The position numbers were made by a program, and so were the translations under genes. This document shows, piece by piece, positions 9,139 through 19,185 of a DNA stretch of 64,000 nucleotides (position 1 is its first letter; every line of letters starts with the position of its first letter). This DNA is from Candidatus Hadarchaeota archaeon. Its GTDB lineage: Archaea; Hadarchaeota; Hadarchaeia; Hadarchaeales; JAWBSP01. Below the pieces are notes generated by a model, which worked only from the letters and a program-made list of their open reading frames with translations, was not told the DNA's origin and ran no database searches. The stretch spans positions 13,878-77,877 of the forward strand of contig CAZWBJ010000002.1 in NCBI GenBank assembly GCA_964632175.1, read 5' to 3'.

Positions 9139-10554
9139 TCAGATCGCTCCGAACTTTTGGAGCGTGGGGAGCAACTCCTGTTTCAGCCAAGCTTCGGCTC
9201 TTTCCTCGGCGTCTCCCACGTATTTTTCCACCCTGAGCGCTTCCTCCAACCTTGGCAACTTCCCGATTACGGCATCCTCTTGGAGAAGCCGTAACAGGGG
9301 ATTTTCCCCCCCTTTATCGACTTCCTCCCAAGCCCTCATGCAAAGGCTCCGCAGTCTTTCATGCATCTCCTGCCTACTGTGTCCCCTCTTGACCAGCTCC
9401 ATGAGTATAACCTCTGTGGCCGCAAAGGGAGCAAACCTCCGCAGATTGTCGGAAATTCGCTGCCGGTTCACCTCCAAACCAGAAAGGATCCTCTGGAGCA
9501 GGAGAAGGCACTCATCCAGAGCCAAGAAAGCCTCTGGAAGGATGATCCTCCTGTTCGCCGAGTCGTCCAGCGTTCTCTCGAGCAAGCTCTGGGCAGCGTT
9601 TTCCCATGCCACCTGCGGGAGGACCGAGACGTATCTGCAGAGGGAGCAAATTCTCTCCGACAAAACAGGATTCCTCTTGAAGGGCATGGCCGAGGATCCC
9701 ACTTGCTTCCTGCCCATGGGCTCCAGAACCTCACCCATGGACTGAAGGTGGCGGAGATCCGAGGCAAACTTGTAAAGGCTCTGGGCCAAGCTACTAAGGG
9801 AGGAAAGAAGCACAACGTCCAGTTTTCTGGGATAGGTCTGGGAGGCGATGGGATAGGCTTCTATCCCAAGCTCCTTCATCACCTCTTCCTCAAGCTCTCC
9901 CGCTTTCTCTCCCACAAGTTCCCTGAATCCGGCCGAGGTTCCTACCGCCCCCTTGATTCCCTTTCCCTTCAAGAAGTTTTCCTTCACGAACTCCAACAGG
10001 CGGAGGTCGAGCAGAAGGTCTTGGGCGTAGCCGCAGAGTCGGTATCCTAAGGTGGTGGGCTCGGCTGGCTGTAGATGCGTGTATCCCATGCAGACCAGAC
10101 CCTTGTATTTCTCTATCTGCGTGGCGAGAACCGAGAGGCAGGAAACTATCCTTTTTATGAGAAGGTCCACAGCCTCCCTGAACCTAAGCACGTCTGCATT
10201 ATCCTCAATATCCATGGAGGTGGCACCGGCATGCAACTTCCCGCCAGCCTTGGGGCACTGTTCTGCGTACGTCCTGAGCTCGGCCATCAAGTCGTGCCCT
10301 ATCTCTCTCTCGATCTCCTCTGCCCTCCGGATGTCCACTCTTTCGGCCGCTGCCTTGAGTTCCCTCAACTCCTCCGGCGAGAGGAGCCCATATTTGGCCT
10401 GCGCCTTGGCAAGCGCCAGCCAGACCTTCCTCCAAAGTTTCCTGCGCCGAACCTCGGAGAAAATTTCCCTCATCTCCCTGCTCCCGTACCTCCAAGTGAA
10501 TGCCGAAAGGAAGGTTTCATGAGTGAAGCTCTCCATTGGGAAGTCGGCGGACAT
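9139..10554 (-). CDS. purB: Adenylosuccinate lyase
   Basis: GSSAMPFKRNP fumarate-lyase signature; 471 aa. Confidence 0.9.
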   Translation of the reverse strand: MSADFPMESFTHETFLSAFTWRYGSREMREIFSEVRRRKLWRKVWLALAKAQAKYGLLSPEELRELKAAAERVDIRRAEEIEREIGHDLMAELRTYAEQCPKAGGKLHAGATSMDIEDNADVLRFREAVDLLIKRIVSCLSVLATQIEKYKGLVCMGYTHLQPAEPTTLGYRLCGYAQDLLLDLRLLEFVKENFLKGKGIKGAVGTSAGFRELVGEKAGELEEEVMKELGIEAYPIASQTYPRKLDVVLLSSLSSLAQSLYKFASDLRHLQSMGEVLEPMGRKQVGSSAMPFKRNPVLSERICSLCRYVSVLPQVAWENAAQSLLERTLDDSANRRIILPEAFLALDECLLLLQRILSGLEVNRQRISDNLRRFAPFAATEVILMELVKRGHSRQEMHERLRSLCMRAWEEVDKGGENPLLRLLQEDAVIGKLPRLEEALRVEKYVGDAEERAEAWLKQELLPTLQKFGAI

Positions 10555-10644
10555 CCTTTTAATGGTGGGGGCTCCCCATCAGACCAATGCCAAAGACCTC
10601 CCATCTCGGCATTAAGCTTATTCTTTTTGGGAGGGCTGAAGTTG

Positions 10645-12162
10645 ATGCCCATCCGGAGAGCGCTCATTTCGGTCTCGGACAAAACGGGGCTGGAGGAGCT
10701 GGGGAAGGCCCTGCATGAGCTGGGGGTGGAAATCATCTCCACGGGGGGTACAGCAAGGTTCCTGAGGGAGAAGGGAATCAAGGTTAAGGAGGTTAGCGAG
10801 ATAACTCGGTTTCCCGAGATCCTCAACGGAAGGGTCAAGAGCCTTCATCCCCTCATTCACGCCGCCATCCTTGCAAGGAGGGAAGACCCCTCCCACATGC
10901 AGGTGCTCCGCGAGCTTGGAGTAGAGCCGATAGATCTGGTGGTAGTCAATCTCTATCCCTTTGAGGAGACGATCTCTAGGGGAGCCAACCTGGAGGAGGC
11001 ATTGGAGCAGATAGACATTGGCGGTCCAACCCTCCTCCGCGCGGCCGCCAAGAATTTCAAATCCGTGGCCGTGGTTACGAATCCCAAGACATACGGTGAG
11101 ATCATACGGGAGTTGAGGGAAAAGGGGGACCTTTCGGAGCAGACCAGAGTTCGCCTTGCCAAGGAGACCTTCGCCCTTACCTCCCACTACGATGCGGCCA
11201 TTGCAGGGTACCTAGAGCGGGTTTCCGGTGAGAGGGGTTTTCCCAGCATCCTCTCCCTCCACGCCGAGAAGCTGCAGGAGCTCCGATACGGGGAGAACCC
11301 ACACCAGCCGGCCGCCCTCTACAGATGGGGTTACGGACTTGCCAGCGCAAGAAAAGTGCAGGGGAAGGAGCTCTCCTTCAACAACCTCGTGGACCTGGAT
11401 GCCGCCTGGTCGTTGGTTCAGGAGTTTGAGGAGCCCACGGCCGCAGTGATAAAACACACCAATCCCTGTGGGGTGGCCTCTGCGGGATCCATCTCGGAGG
11501 CCTACAGGCTGGCCAGGGACTGCGATCCCCTCTCGGCCTACGGGGGGATCGTGGGGCTAAACAGGGAGATGGATGCGGCAACGGCTGAAGAGATAACCTC
11601 CACCTTCATAGAGGCGGTGGTGGCCCCCGGGTATCAGGCCGGGGCGCTGGAAATATTGGCCCGGAAACCCAACCTCCGAGCTCTAGAGTTTCCTCTGGAT
11701 CAGCGGGAACCAGACTTCGAGCTGAAGCAAATCTCGGGGGGTTTCCTGGTACAAGGAAGGGATAAGGAACTCCTCCTTGAGAAGAGGGTCGTCACGCGGA
11801 GGGAACCCACGGAGAAGGAATGGGTGGATCTCCTCTTCGCCTGGAAGGTGGTCAAGCACGTGAAATCGAACGCCATCGTGCTCGCGAAGGATAAGCGAGC
11901 GGTGGGGGTGGGGGCGGGGCAGATGAGCAGGGTGGACTCCACGGAGATAGCCATTAGAAAAGCGGGCGAAAGGGCGAGGGGCTCCGTTCTGGCCTCCGAT
12001 GCTTTCTTCCCCTTCCCCGACGCCGTGGAGAAGGCCGCCGAGGCCGGGGTGACCGCCATCATCCAGCCTGGGGGTTCCATAAGGGACCAGCAGGTTATAG
12101 AGACCGCGGACAGGTTTGGTCTGGCCATGGTCTTCACGGGAATTAGGCATTTCAGGCACTAG
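10645..12162 (+). CDS. purH: Bifunctional AICAR transformylase / IMP cyclohydrolase PurH
   Basis: N-terminal MGS-like IMP cyclohydrolase domain (ALISVSDKTGL) and a C-terminal AICARFT domain. The start ATG 10645 is preceded by GGGAGGG at 8 nt spacing. The six-frame ORF beginning at 10075 is an antisense extension over purB. Confidence 0.9.
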   Translation: MPIRRALISVSDKTGLEELGKALHELGVEIISTGGTARFLREKGIKVKEVSEITRFPEILNGRVKSLHPLIHAAILARREDPSHMQVLRELGVEPIDLVVVNLYPFEETISRGANLEEALEQIDIGGPTLLRAAAKNFKSVAVVTNPKTYGEIIRELREKGDLSEQTRVRLAKETFALTSHYDAAIAGYLERVSGERGFPSILSLHAEKLQELRYGENPHQPAALYRWGYGLASARKVQGKELSFNNLVDLDAAWSLVQEFEEPTAAVIKHTNPCGVASAGSISEAYRLARDCDPLSAYGGIVGLNREMDAATAEEITSTFIEAVVAPGYQAGALEILARKPNLRALEFPLDQREPDFELKQISGGFLVQGRDKELLLEKRVVTRREPTEKEWVDLLFAWKVVKHVKSNAIVLAKDKRAVGVGAGQMSRVDSTEIAIRKAGERARGSVLASDAFFPFPDAVEKAAEAGVTAIIQPGGSIRDQQVIETADRFGLAMVFTGIRHFRH

Positions 12163-12268
12163 TCCTGGCGACTCATTCGAGGGTTTCTGCAAAAATCGAT
12201 CTTGGATCAAAACCTCAAGGAAGACGAATAGGAAATGTTATTTCAGTCAGGATTAGATGAAAACCGAC

Positions 12269-13800
12269 ATGATAATGGTCTTGGATTTCGGCGGCCAGTA
12301 CTCCCACCTCATCGCTAGGAGGTGAGAGAGGAGAACGTTTATGCCGAACTGGTGGAACCGGAAATAGAGCCGGAGAAGATAACGACTTTCAGTGAAGAAC
12401 ATTCCGTAAAGGGGATCATCCTTTCGGGAGGGCCGTCCAGCATTTACGCGAGGGGTGCTCCCAGGTGCGACAGGAGAATTTTGGAGCTGGGCATTCCCGT
12501 CCTGGGGATATGCTACGGACATCAACTCATCGCTCACCATCTGGGAGGAAAGGTAGAGAGGGCGAAGAAAATGGAATACGGCGTGACGGAGGTGACGGTT
12601 GACAGGTGCGGAAAAATACTCAAGGGGTACGGGAGAAAGGAGAGGGTGTGGGCAAGTCATGGAGATTTGGTGCTCAGCCTACCGGATGATTTTGAGGTTC
12701 TGGCGCACACCGAAAACTGCCCCATCGCCGCCTTCAGGCACAAGGTGAAGCCCATCTACGGGATTCAGTGGCACCCCGAGGTCGTCCATACTTCGAAGGG
12801 CCAGCAAATCCTGAGGAACTTCATCTTCGATATATGTGGTTGCAAGGCCACCTGGACCCCCGAGAACCTTGTCGAAAGGAGTATTAGGGAGATAAGGAAG
12901 GAGGTGGGAGACGGAAAGTGCATAATAGCACTCAGCGGTGGGGTTGACTCCAGCACGACCGCAGTGCTGGCCGCCAAGGCCGTGGGCAAAAACTTGACCG
13001 CGGTGTTCGTGGATCATGGCTTCATGAGGAAGGGGGAGCCGGAGGAAATCAACGCTACTTTCTCCAAGTTTAACCTGAACCTTATCTGCCTAGACGAGCG
13101 GAAGAGGTTTATAAGAAAACTCAGGGGTGTCACCGACCCCGAACTCAAGAGGAAAATAATCGGTGAGGAATTCATCCGCGTATTTGAGAGAAAAGCGGAG
13201 GAAATCGGCGCGGATTATCTCATACAGGGGACGATTTATCCGGACAGAATAGAATCTGGAACCAGAAAACACTCCGAGAAAATAAAGACCCATCACAACG
13301 TTGGCGGGCTCCCATTGAAAATCAAATTTAAAAAAATAGTGGAACCGCTCAAAGACCTGTACAAAGATGAGGTTCGAAGGGTTGCGAGAGCACTCGGTCT
13401 GCCGGAAAAAATCGTTGAAAGACAGCCCTTCCCCGGGCCGGGACTCGCCATAAGAATAACGGGAGAGGTGACGGAGAAAAAACTGGAGATCCTCAAACAC
13501 GCCGACGAGATAGTGAGGGAGGAAATCCAGAGATGGGATTCTGGGAAGCGCCTTTGGCAGTACTTTGCCGTCCTGCTCGACACCAAATCTACCGGGGTGA
13601 AGGGTGATTCAAGAGCATATGGATATACTTTGGCCATACGTGCCGTGGAGAGCACCGACGGTATGACGGCAAGCTACGCCAAACTACCCCACGAGCTGCT
13701 TGAAAGGATATCCACGAGGATAACAAACGAGATACCAGAGGTCAGCCGGGTTGTTTATGATGTGACCCATAAACCTCCAGCCACGATAGAGTGGGAATAA
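12269..13800 (+). CDS. guaA: GMP synthase (glutamine-hydrolysing), fused GATase and ATP-PPase domains. There is an apparent -1 frameshift near codon 18, at 12320-12325.
   Basis: The N-terminal [18 protein letters not shown] (12269-12322) ends at TGA 12323-12325. The remainder ([10 protein letters not shown]... with the SGGVDSS PP-loop) continues in the -1 frame from 12322. The spliced sequence matches the bacterial GuaA N-terminus ILDFGSQYTQLIARRVRE. Confidence 0.8.
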
Positions 13801-13827
13801 ACCGTTTATCAAAAATCGGCGCGAGGC

Positions 13828-15297
13828 CTAGAAGCCGCCCACGCTCTCCGTGGGAAGCAGTACATCGTGTGGCCTGGTTTCCTGAACCCCCAGCGCCGTG
13901 AGGCATTCGAACCTCGCCTTCTCCCAGAGCTCCCTTATGTTGCGGGCCCCCGCATAGCCCATCGCCGCCCTGAGGCCCTCTGCCAGTTCATGCACCAAGG
14001 CCGAGACCTCCCCCTTGTAGGGAACCCAGCCCTCCACCCCCTCGGCGATGCCCTTTGCCGGTATGCTGTATCTATCCAGTGCGTACCTCACCTGCATGGC
14101 GGAGGGGGAGCCCATCCCCCTGTACTGCTTGTAGTACCTCCCTCCTATGGCCATGAGCGTCCCAGGAGCCTCTTTACACCTGGCGAAGAGATTGCCCATG
14201 ATGACCGCGGAGGCCCCAGCCGCGAGCGCGAGGGCAATGTCCCCAGCATTTCTTATCCCACCGTCCGCGAGGATGGGCACGTCCGACCCGTAGTCCCTGA
14301 CGGCGTCTGCCACCTGACAGGTGGCGAAGAGGGTTGGGGCACCTGCGGCCAGCGTGTCCGAGGTAATGCAGATAGATCCCGAACCCATGCCCACCCTCAG
14401 GCCCGCTATACCCTCAATGGAGAGAGCCGCTTCAGCCGCCTCGTAGGTTCCGATGTTCCCCACCACCACATCTGCCTGCACTTCTTTCACGAGTCTCTTG
14501 GTGGCCTCTATCATGTTCCTGTTGTGGAAGTGTGCCACATCCGTCACCAGAAGGTTCACGTATGGATCAAGCTTTTTTGCCCTTTCTAGATCGAGGGGGG
14601 AAATGGCCGCCGCACAGAGCAGCTGCCCCTTTTCATCCCTGGCGGCGTTGGGGTACTTCCCCTTGAGGGAAATATCCTTGAAAGTTATGAGCCCCTTCAG
14701 CCTGCCCTGCTCATCCACCAGCGGGAGCTTCTCTATCCTGTGGGCGTGGAGGATGCTCACGGCCTCCTCTATGGTGATACCATCTCTCGCGGTTACGACC
14801 TCCTTTGTCATGACCTCGCTCACCTTTTGCCCCTCGCTGGCGAACCTGACGTCCCTGCCCGTGAGGATCCCCACCAGTTTCTCCCCCTCCACCACCGGAA
14901 GGCCGGAGATGTTGTGGCTCCTCATGATCCTCAGGGCCTCCCCCACGGTGGTTCCCGGCTCGACCGTCACCACCTCCCTGATGACCGTTGCCTCCGCCCT
15001 CTTGACCTTCTTGGCCATCTCTACCTGCTTCTCCACGGGGCAGTTTCGGTGGAGGATCCCCAGCCCCCCCTCCCTAGCAAGGGCGATGGCCATCTCGCTC
15101 TCCGTCACCGTGTCCATGGGGGACGAGACGAAGGGGACATTGAGCCTGTAGTTTTTGCTCACCCTAGTCGTGATATCGATTTGGCTGGGTTCCACCTCGC
15201 AGAAACCGGGAAGAAGTATGACATCTTGGAAAGTTAGGGCGACCTCCGCATTTTTAAACTTACTCCTGAAAAACCCGGCTGTTTTGTTTCCCCCCAT
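13828..15297 (-). CDS. guaB: IMP dehydrogenase with CBS pair
   Basis: GLRVGMGSGSICIT catalytic loop and tandem CBS domains; 489 aa. Confidence 0.9.
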   Translation of the reverse strand: MGGNKTAGFFRSKFKNAEVALTFQDVILLPGFCEVEPSQIDITTRVSKNYRLNVPFVSSPMDTVTESEMAIALAREGGLGILHRNCPVEKQVEMAKKVKRAEATVIREVVTVEPGTTVGEALRIMRSHNISGLPVVEGEKLVGILTGRDVRFASEGQKVSEVMTKEVVTARDGITIEEAVSILHAHRIEKLPLVDEQGRLKGLITFKDISLKGKYPNAARDEKGQLLCAAAISPLDLERAKKLDPYVNLLVTDVAHFHNRNMIEATKRLVKEVQADVVVGNIGTYEAAEAALSIEGIAGLRVGMGSGSICITSDTLAAGAPTLFATCQVADAVRDYGSDVPILADGGIRNAGDIALALAAGASAVIMGNLFARCKEAPGTLMAIGGRYYKQYRGMGSPSAMQVRYALDRYSIPAKGIAEGVEGWVPYKGEVSALVHELAEGLRAAMGYAGARNIRELWEKARFECLTALGVQETRPHDVLLPTESVGGF

Positions 15298-15307
15298 CTA
15301 AAAACCG

Positions 15308-15475
15308 CTACTTCGCTTTATATTCGGTGTAACCACACTTCCCACAGGAAAATCTATCTTCGTGCTCCGCCATGAACGTCCCCACCCCGCATCTGGGGCA
15401 GAAAGGCCTGAGGTGGACAAGCCTCTTATCCAGCTTGTAAAGCTTGGAGACCCTCGCCTTCTCTTTCTCCTTCAC
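15308..15475 (-). CDS. rps27ae: Ribosomal protein S27ae (eS31), Zn-ribbon
   Basis: Manual translation gives [55 protein letters not shown] (55 aa). It is not in the ORF track because of its GTG start, which overlaps the S24e stop codon (GTGA). Confidence 0.8.
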   Translation of the reverse strand: MKEKEKARVSKLYKLDKRLVHLRPFCPRCGVGTFMAEHEDRFSCGKCGYTEYKAK

Positions 15476-15816
15476 TCTTTCTTCCCCTCCGCCTTCTTTT
15501 CTTCTGGCTTCTTTTCCTCTGGCTTCTCAGCCTTCTCTTTTGGCTTCCCTCGCTCCAAGAGGTGCTTCGGCTCGACGGAGAGGAGCCTCTCCATTCTCTG
15601 GTAGATGTGGGCGAGCCCGGAAGAGTAGCTCCTCCCGTGCAGGGTGGAAATCCTCCTTATGACCACCAGCTCAGGCTTCACCCCAAGCTTCTTCGACAGG
15701 AGCTCCAGAACCTCCGCCCTTCTGGGTGTGGCCGCGTTTGGATGGGAGATCCTGAACTGCACTTCCTTCCTCTCCAGCAGTGGGTTTTCCTTCTCCTCTA
15801 GGATTTCCACCTCCAT
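15472..15816 (-). CDS. rps24e: Ribosomal protein S24e
   Basis: S24e family sequence with a K/E-rich C-terminal tail. Confidence 0.85.
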   Translation of the reverse strand: MEVEILEEKENPLLERKEVQFRISHPNAATPRRAEVLELLSKKLGVKPELVVIRRISTLHGRSYSSGLAHIYQRMERLLSVEPKHLLERGKPKEKAEKPEEKKPEEKKAEGKKE

Positions 15817-16383
15817 TTAAAGAAACTTCTCAAACAGCCTCAAAAACTCCTCCCTTTTCTGCGCCGTTACCTCAACCGCCACCACTCCCTTCCCGGGCTG
15901 GCCGTAGAGGATGACCGCTCCCTCTGGAAGGAGGAACCCGCAGGCTAGGGTTGCCAGATCTTCCTCACCCTCCACCTCTATCCTCAGCGGCGTCGGGAGC
16001 TTGAGGGCCTCCATCAGCTCCCCTGTGAGAGTTCCGGGCGGGTTCCTGACCGTCACCGTTCTGGTCGGCCACTTGAGCAGGGCCTTCATCTCCTCCGAGA
16101 TGGGTTCCCGCATTATCCGATGGTCCACCACTGCAAGGTCGGGCGTGATACCTCTCCTTATCAGCTCACTGGTAACGGCGTCCCCCACCGAGGCTAGGAG
16201 CTTGGGCTTCCCGATGGCCTGCAGCGCCTGGTCCACCCCCTCGAACAGATGGCCCAGCGGGCACCTGAGAACGGGTCTAAGTTCCTCGGGCAGCCTTCTC
16301 ATTTTGAAGGAAGTGTATGGTTTCGATTGCCGCCGTCTGGGGGTCTGGCCAGGGAAGGATTTCCGCCGAGACGAAGCCTCCAA
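15817..16383 (-). CDS. DUF359 protein, predicted GTP-dependent dephospho-CoA kinase (archaeal DPCK)
   Basis: Conserved VGD...VVDHR motifs. It shows the classic gene context immediately upstream of rps24e-rps27ae. The true start is probably the internal Met at 16302. Confidence 0.6.
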   Translation of the reverse strand: MEASSRRKSFPGQTPRRRQSKPYTSFKMRRLPEELRPVLRCPLGHLFEGVDQALQAIGKPKLLASVGDAVTSELIRRGITPDLAVVDHRIMREPISEEMKALLKWPTRTVTVRNPPGTLTGELMEALKLPTPLRIEVEGEEDLATLACGFLLPEGAVILYGQPGKGVVAVEVTAQKREEFLRLFEKFL

Positions 16384-17080
16384 ACTTCATGGACCGGAGG
16401 GTGGAAAAGATCTCCTGAAAGCTCAGGTGACCCCTTCCGGGAGCCAGCCTGTTGCTGTCGGCTAGGTGCAGATGATGTAGCTTTTCCCCGGCCTTGAGAA
16501 GGGCTTGGGTCAGCGAGACCTCCTCAATGTTCATATGAAAGGTGTCGGCCAGAAGCTTGCAGCCCTTCAGGTCGCGGATGAAGTCCAGGGCCTGCTCCAC
16601 CGTGTTGATGAGGTTGGTCTCGTACCTGTTCATGGGTTCGAGAAGCAGAACGGTCGAGCGCTCCTCAGCGTGGGCCTGACATTCTTGAAAGCACTCCCTG
16701 AGATGTTGGAGGCCCTCATGCCTCCTCTCACACCTCCCCCTGACCGATCCGACTATCACAGGTGCCGAAAGCTTGGAGGAGAGTTCGATGTACTCCTTAA
16801 ACCTCTCCACGGCCTTCCTCCTAACCTCCGGGTCGGGGGAACTAAAGCTCAGGCCCAAGCGGGTGTAAAGGAGGCCCGTCCCCACTGCCGAAACCTCCAG
16901 CCCATACTCCTTCCTCTTCCTGTTGAGCCAGTCCGCCCTGATGGAGGAGGGATTCAGGAGGAAGAGTTCAAAGCCGTCGTACCCCAGGTTGGAGAGGAAC
17001 TTGAGGTTGCGCTCTAGGTCTCCCGAAAGCCCCAAGGGTTCCACCCCCTCCTCGAACGCAAGTACTATGGAGGTCCGCAA
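16277..17080 (-). CDS. Sugar phosphate isomerase/epimerase (xylose isomerase-like TIM barrel)
   Basis: AP-endonuclease-2 / xylose-isomerase-like TIM barrel pattern; 267 aa. Confidence 0.65.
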   Translation of the reverse strand: MRTSIVLAFEEGVEPLGLSGDLERNLKFLSNLGYDGFELFLLNPSSIRADWLNRKRKEYGLEVSAVGTGLLYTRLGLSFSSPDPEVRRKAVERFKEYIELSSKLSAPVIVGSVRGRCERRHEGLQHLRECFQECQAHAEERSTVLLLEPMNRYETNLINTVEQALDFIRDLKGCKLLADTFHMNIEEVSLTQALLKAGEKLHHLHLADSNRLAPGRGHLSFQEIFSTLRSMKFGGFVSAEILPWPDPQTAAIETIHFLQNEKAARGT

Positions 17081-19162
17081 CTATCCGACCTTCTGCAGGA
17101 CCTTCTGCTTGAAGCTCTCGTAGGCCTCCTTGAACTCCTTCCGGGTCTTCTGAACCGCCCCGAAAGCTGGCCAGCTCTCTGGAGGCAACCCCCCACTCCC
17201 AAAATCTACCTCCACCCCTGCCTCGCGCAACACTTGAATGAGTCCGGGGGTGAGTTCCAGAACCTTCCTGCACTCCTCCCCCACCTCATACCGCTCGAGT
17301 CTGCGGAGAATCTCCTTGTCTACCTCCCAGGCTATAGACTCGCGGAAACTCATGGGATCGAAGTTTGGAGAGAGACTCTCCTCGAAGACCAGCGCTTGGA
17401 AGTTAGGGAATTCGGTGTTAGTAACATGCTGGCGCGAGAGGGTTAGAAGAGTTTCCCTAGGCTTTCTCTTGGAAGCGGGAAGCATGTCTATGCCGCGCAG
17501 CACTTCCTCGGCCTGCTCTTCCGAAAGTCCATACTTCCTAGCTAGATAAGAGACCCACTTCTTCCTGTTCTCCGGACTGAAGAAGATCCGATACACCCGC
17601 TTGGTCACGAGAATCCCCACATGGGTCAAATCGTCGTCTATCACCTTCAGCTTTTCCTCAACCTCCGCCGGAGAATTTCCCAGCACCCCCGCCTTGGCGA
17701 GTAGCTTCACGAAGGGCTCCTTGTGGATCGGCCTTAGATACTTCCTGTCGCAAGCCAGCTCGATTTTTTCCTCCACGCTTTCATCTCCTTTTACTTTCAC
17801 CCCGAGCCCCTCGAGCAACTCGTTGAGCGCTCCCTCACCCAGGACCGCCAGCGCCCTCCGAAGCAGGATTTCCGCCTCAACCTCTCGGAGGTGGTCATCG
17901 AGCCTCCCTATCATGGTGGTTTCGTAAACGGTGGTCAGTTTCACCCCTCTCCTCACGGCCATTGCCCTCCCCTCCATCTTGGCCAGGATGAGGTGGGTCT
18001 CCTGAGAAACGCTATAGGTCTCCGTATTGTTGGTTCCTATACCCAAGCTCTCCAGCTCAGCGGTAATCCTTATGGAGGCTGGACTGTTCCCGGCGACCTT
18101 GAACACCAAGTTCGGCCTCCCCCTTTCCAGCGAGGGGGAGTACCCCCAGAGAAGGTAGGAATCGTATTTCACAAGAAAATCCGTGGCGTCGGAGTATATT
18201 TTAAGGGCATCCCTGAGGCTCGCCTCCACACTGTCCGCCACGAAGGGGTTCAGCTGATAGCTGATCATTCCGTGCTCGTACCCAGAGCCGATGAAGATGG
18301 GTCTAAAAACCGCCAGATTGGGGAAGACCGAGACCTCGGTGGCCAGCATGGTGAGTTCATCCGGGTTCTTGACACCCCTTTCAGCCCTCGCGGTCTTGAG
18401 ATCCGGACAGAAGCTCTCCCCGGAGAATCCTTCCCAGAGAGCCGGCTCATCCTCGTAGGCGCACGCGGCCAGAACGGGATTGGTGGAGACCTGGACGAAA
18501 CCCAGATGTCTGAGCCATCGGAGCCCCAGGGCGTAATCGTTTCCAAACTTCCCCAGACCAGAGAAACTGAGTTTGTAGTAAATATTGGACTGAAATTCCT
18601 CCCGGCCCGCTTCTAGGAAGCTCTCGAACAGATTCCGATCATCGAGCCTTTCGCGAATCCTATCGGCCATCCTCGAGAGCATGGAGCCAGGAGGCCGGTA
18701 GTAAACGGACATGGGCTTCTTCATGTCCGAGAGAAGGGCTTCCACAACCTCTCTTGAAACGGGCAGGTCTGGATCGGCCTTTCTTTCCCACTCCTGCCAG
18801 CTCTTCAAGGTTTCCCGAAGGAGCCGTATGGAGGCGGCCACTTCTTCCTCGTCCAGTCCTACCCACTTCCTTTCCACCCCGATGAGGTTAAAGTAAAGCT
18901 GGGCTAGGAAGTCATAGGACCGCAACCACTCCAGAATCCCCCTCTCGTCCCAGTAGCAGGAGGCTCTCCTCACCACTAAGGTCAGTTCCCTGAGGGTCTG
19001 GGCCACCACCTCCGGTAGTGGGAGCTCTCGGTGCAGGAAGTGGTCGGCCGCCAACTTGGTGTGGCCACTTAACACCAGGGCGCTGACAAGCTCCGCATGA
19101 CCGCTGGCCTTCGGCGGAAGCGGCAGGGGAGCGGGTGCGGAAGTTTTTTGGAGCATTACCAT
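17081..19162 (-). CDS. Large (693 aa) uncharacterised protein whose central region is transaldolase-like
   Basis: FVQVSTNPV resembles the transaldolase TTNP signature. VFKVAGNSPASIRITAELESLGIGTNNTETYSVSQ matches the Schiff-base lysine region KIP.T..GI.A...LE..GI..N.TL.FS..Q. The long N- and C-terminal extensions are unassigned. Confidence 0.5.
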   Translation of the reverse strand: MVMLQKTSAPAPLPLPPKASGHAELVSALVLSGHTKLAADHFLHRELPLPEVVAQTLRELTLVVRRASCYWDERGILEWLRSYDFLAQLYFNLIGVERKWVGLDEEEVAASIRLLRETLKSWQEWERKADPDLPVSREVVEALLSDMKKPMSVYYRPPGSMLSRMADRIRERLDDRNLFESFLEAGREEFQSNIYYKLSFSGLGKFGNDYALGLRWLRHLGFVQVSTNPVLAACAYEDEPALWEGFSGESFCPDLKTARAERGVKNPDELTMLATEVSVFPNLAVFRPIFIGSGYEHGMISYQLNPFVADSVEASLRDALKIYSDATDFLVKYDSYLLWGYSPSLERGRPNLVFKVAGNSPASIRITAELESLGIGTNNTETYSVSQETHLILAKMEGRAMAVRRGVKLTTVYETTMIGRLDDHLREVEAEILLRRALAVLGEGALNELLEGLGVKVKGDESVEEKIELACDRKYLRPIHKEPFVKLLAKAGVLGNSPAEVEEKLKVIDDDLTHVGILVTKRVYRIFFSPENRKKWVSYLARKYGLSEEQAEEVLRGIDMLPASKRKPRETLLTLSRQHVTNTEFPNFQALVFEESLSPNFDPMSFRESIAWEVDKEILRRLERYEVGEECRKVLELTPGLIQVLREAGVEVDFGSGGLPPESWPAFGAVQKTRKEFKEAYESFKQKVLQKVG

Positions 19163-19185
19163 TTTTTAGCAAGGACAGTTATTAA

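Noticed and set aside
10075-10644. The N-terminal 190 aa of the 695-aa six-frame ORF annotated here as purH
   Set aside because: This part is antisense to purB and has no similarity to PurH. The conserved PurH N-terminus begins at ATG 10645, which has a good Shine-Dalgarno-like motif.
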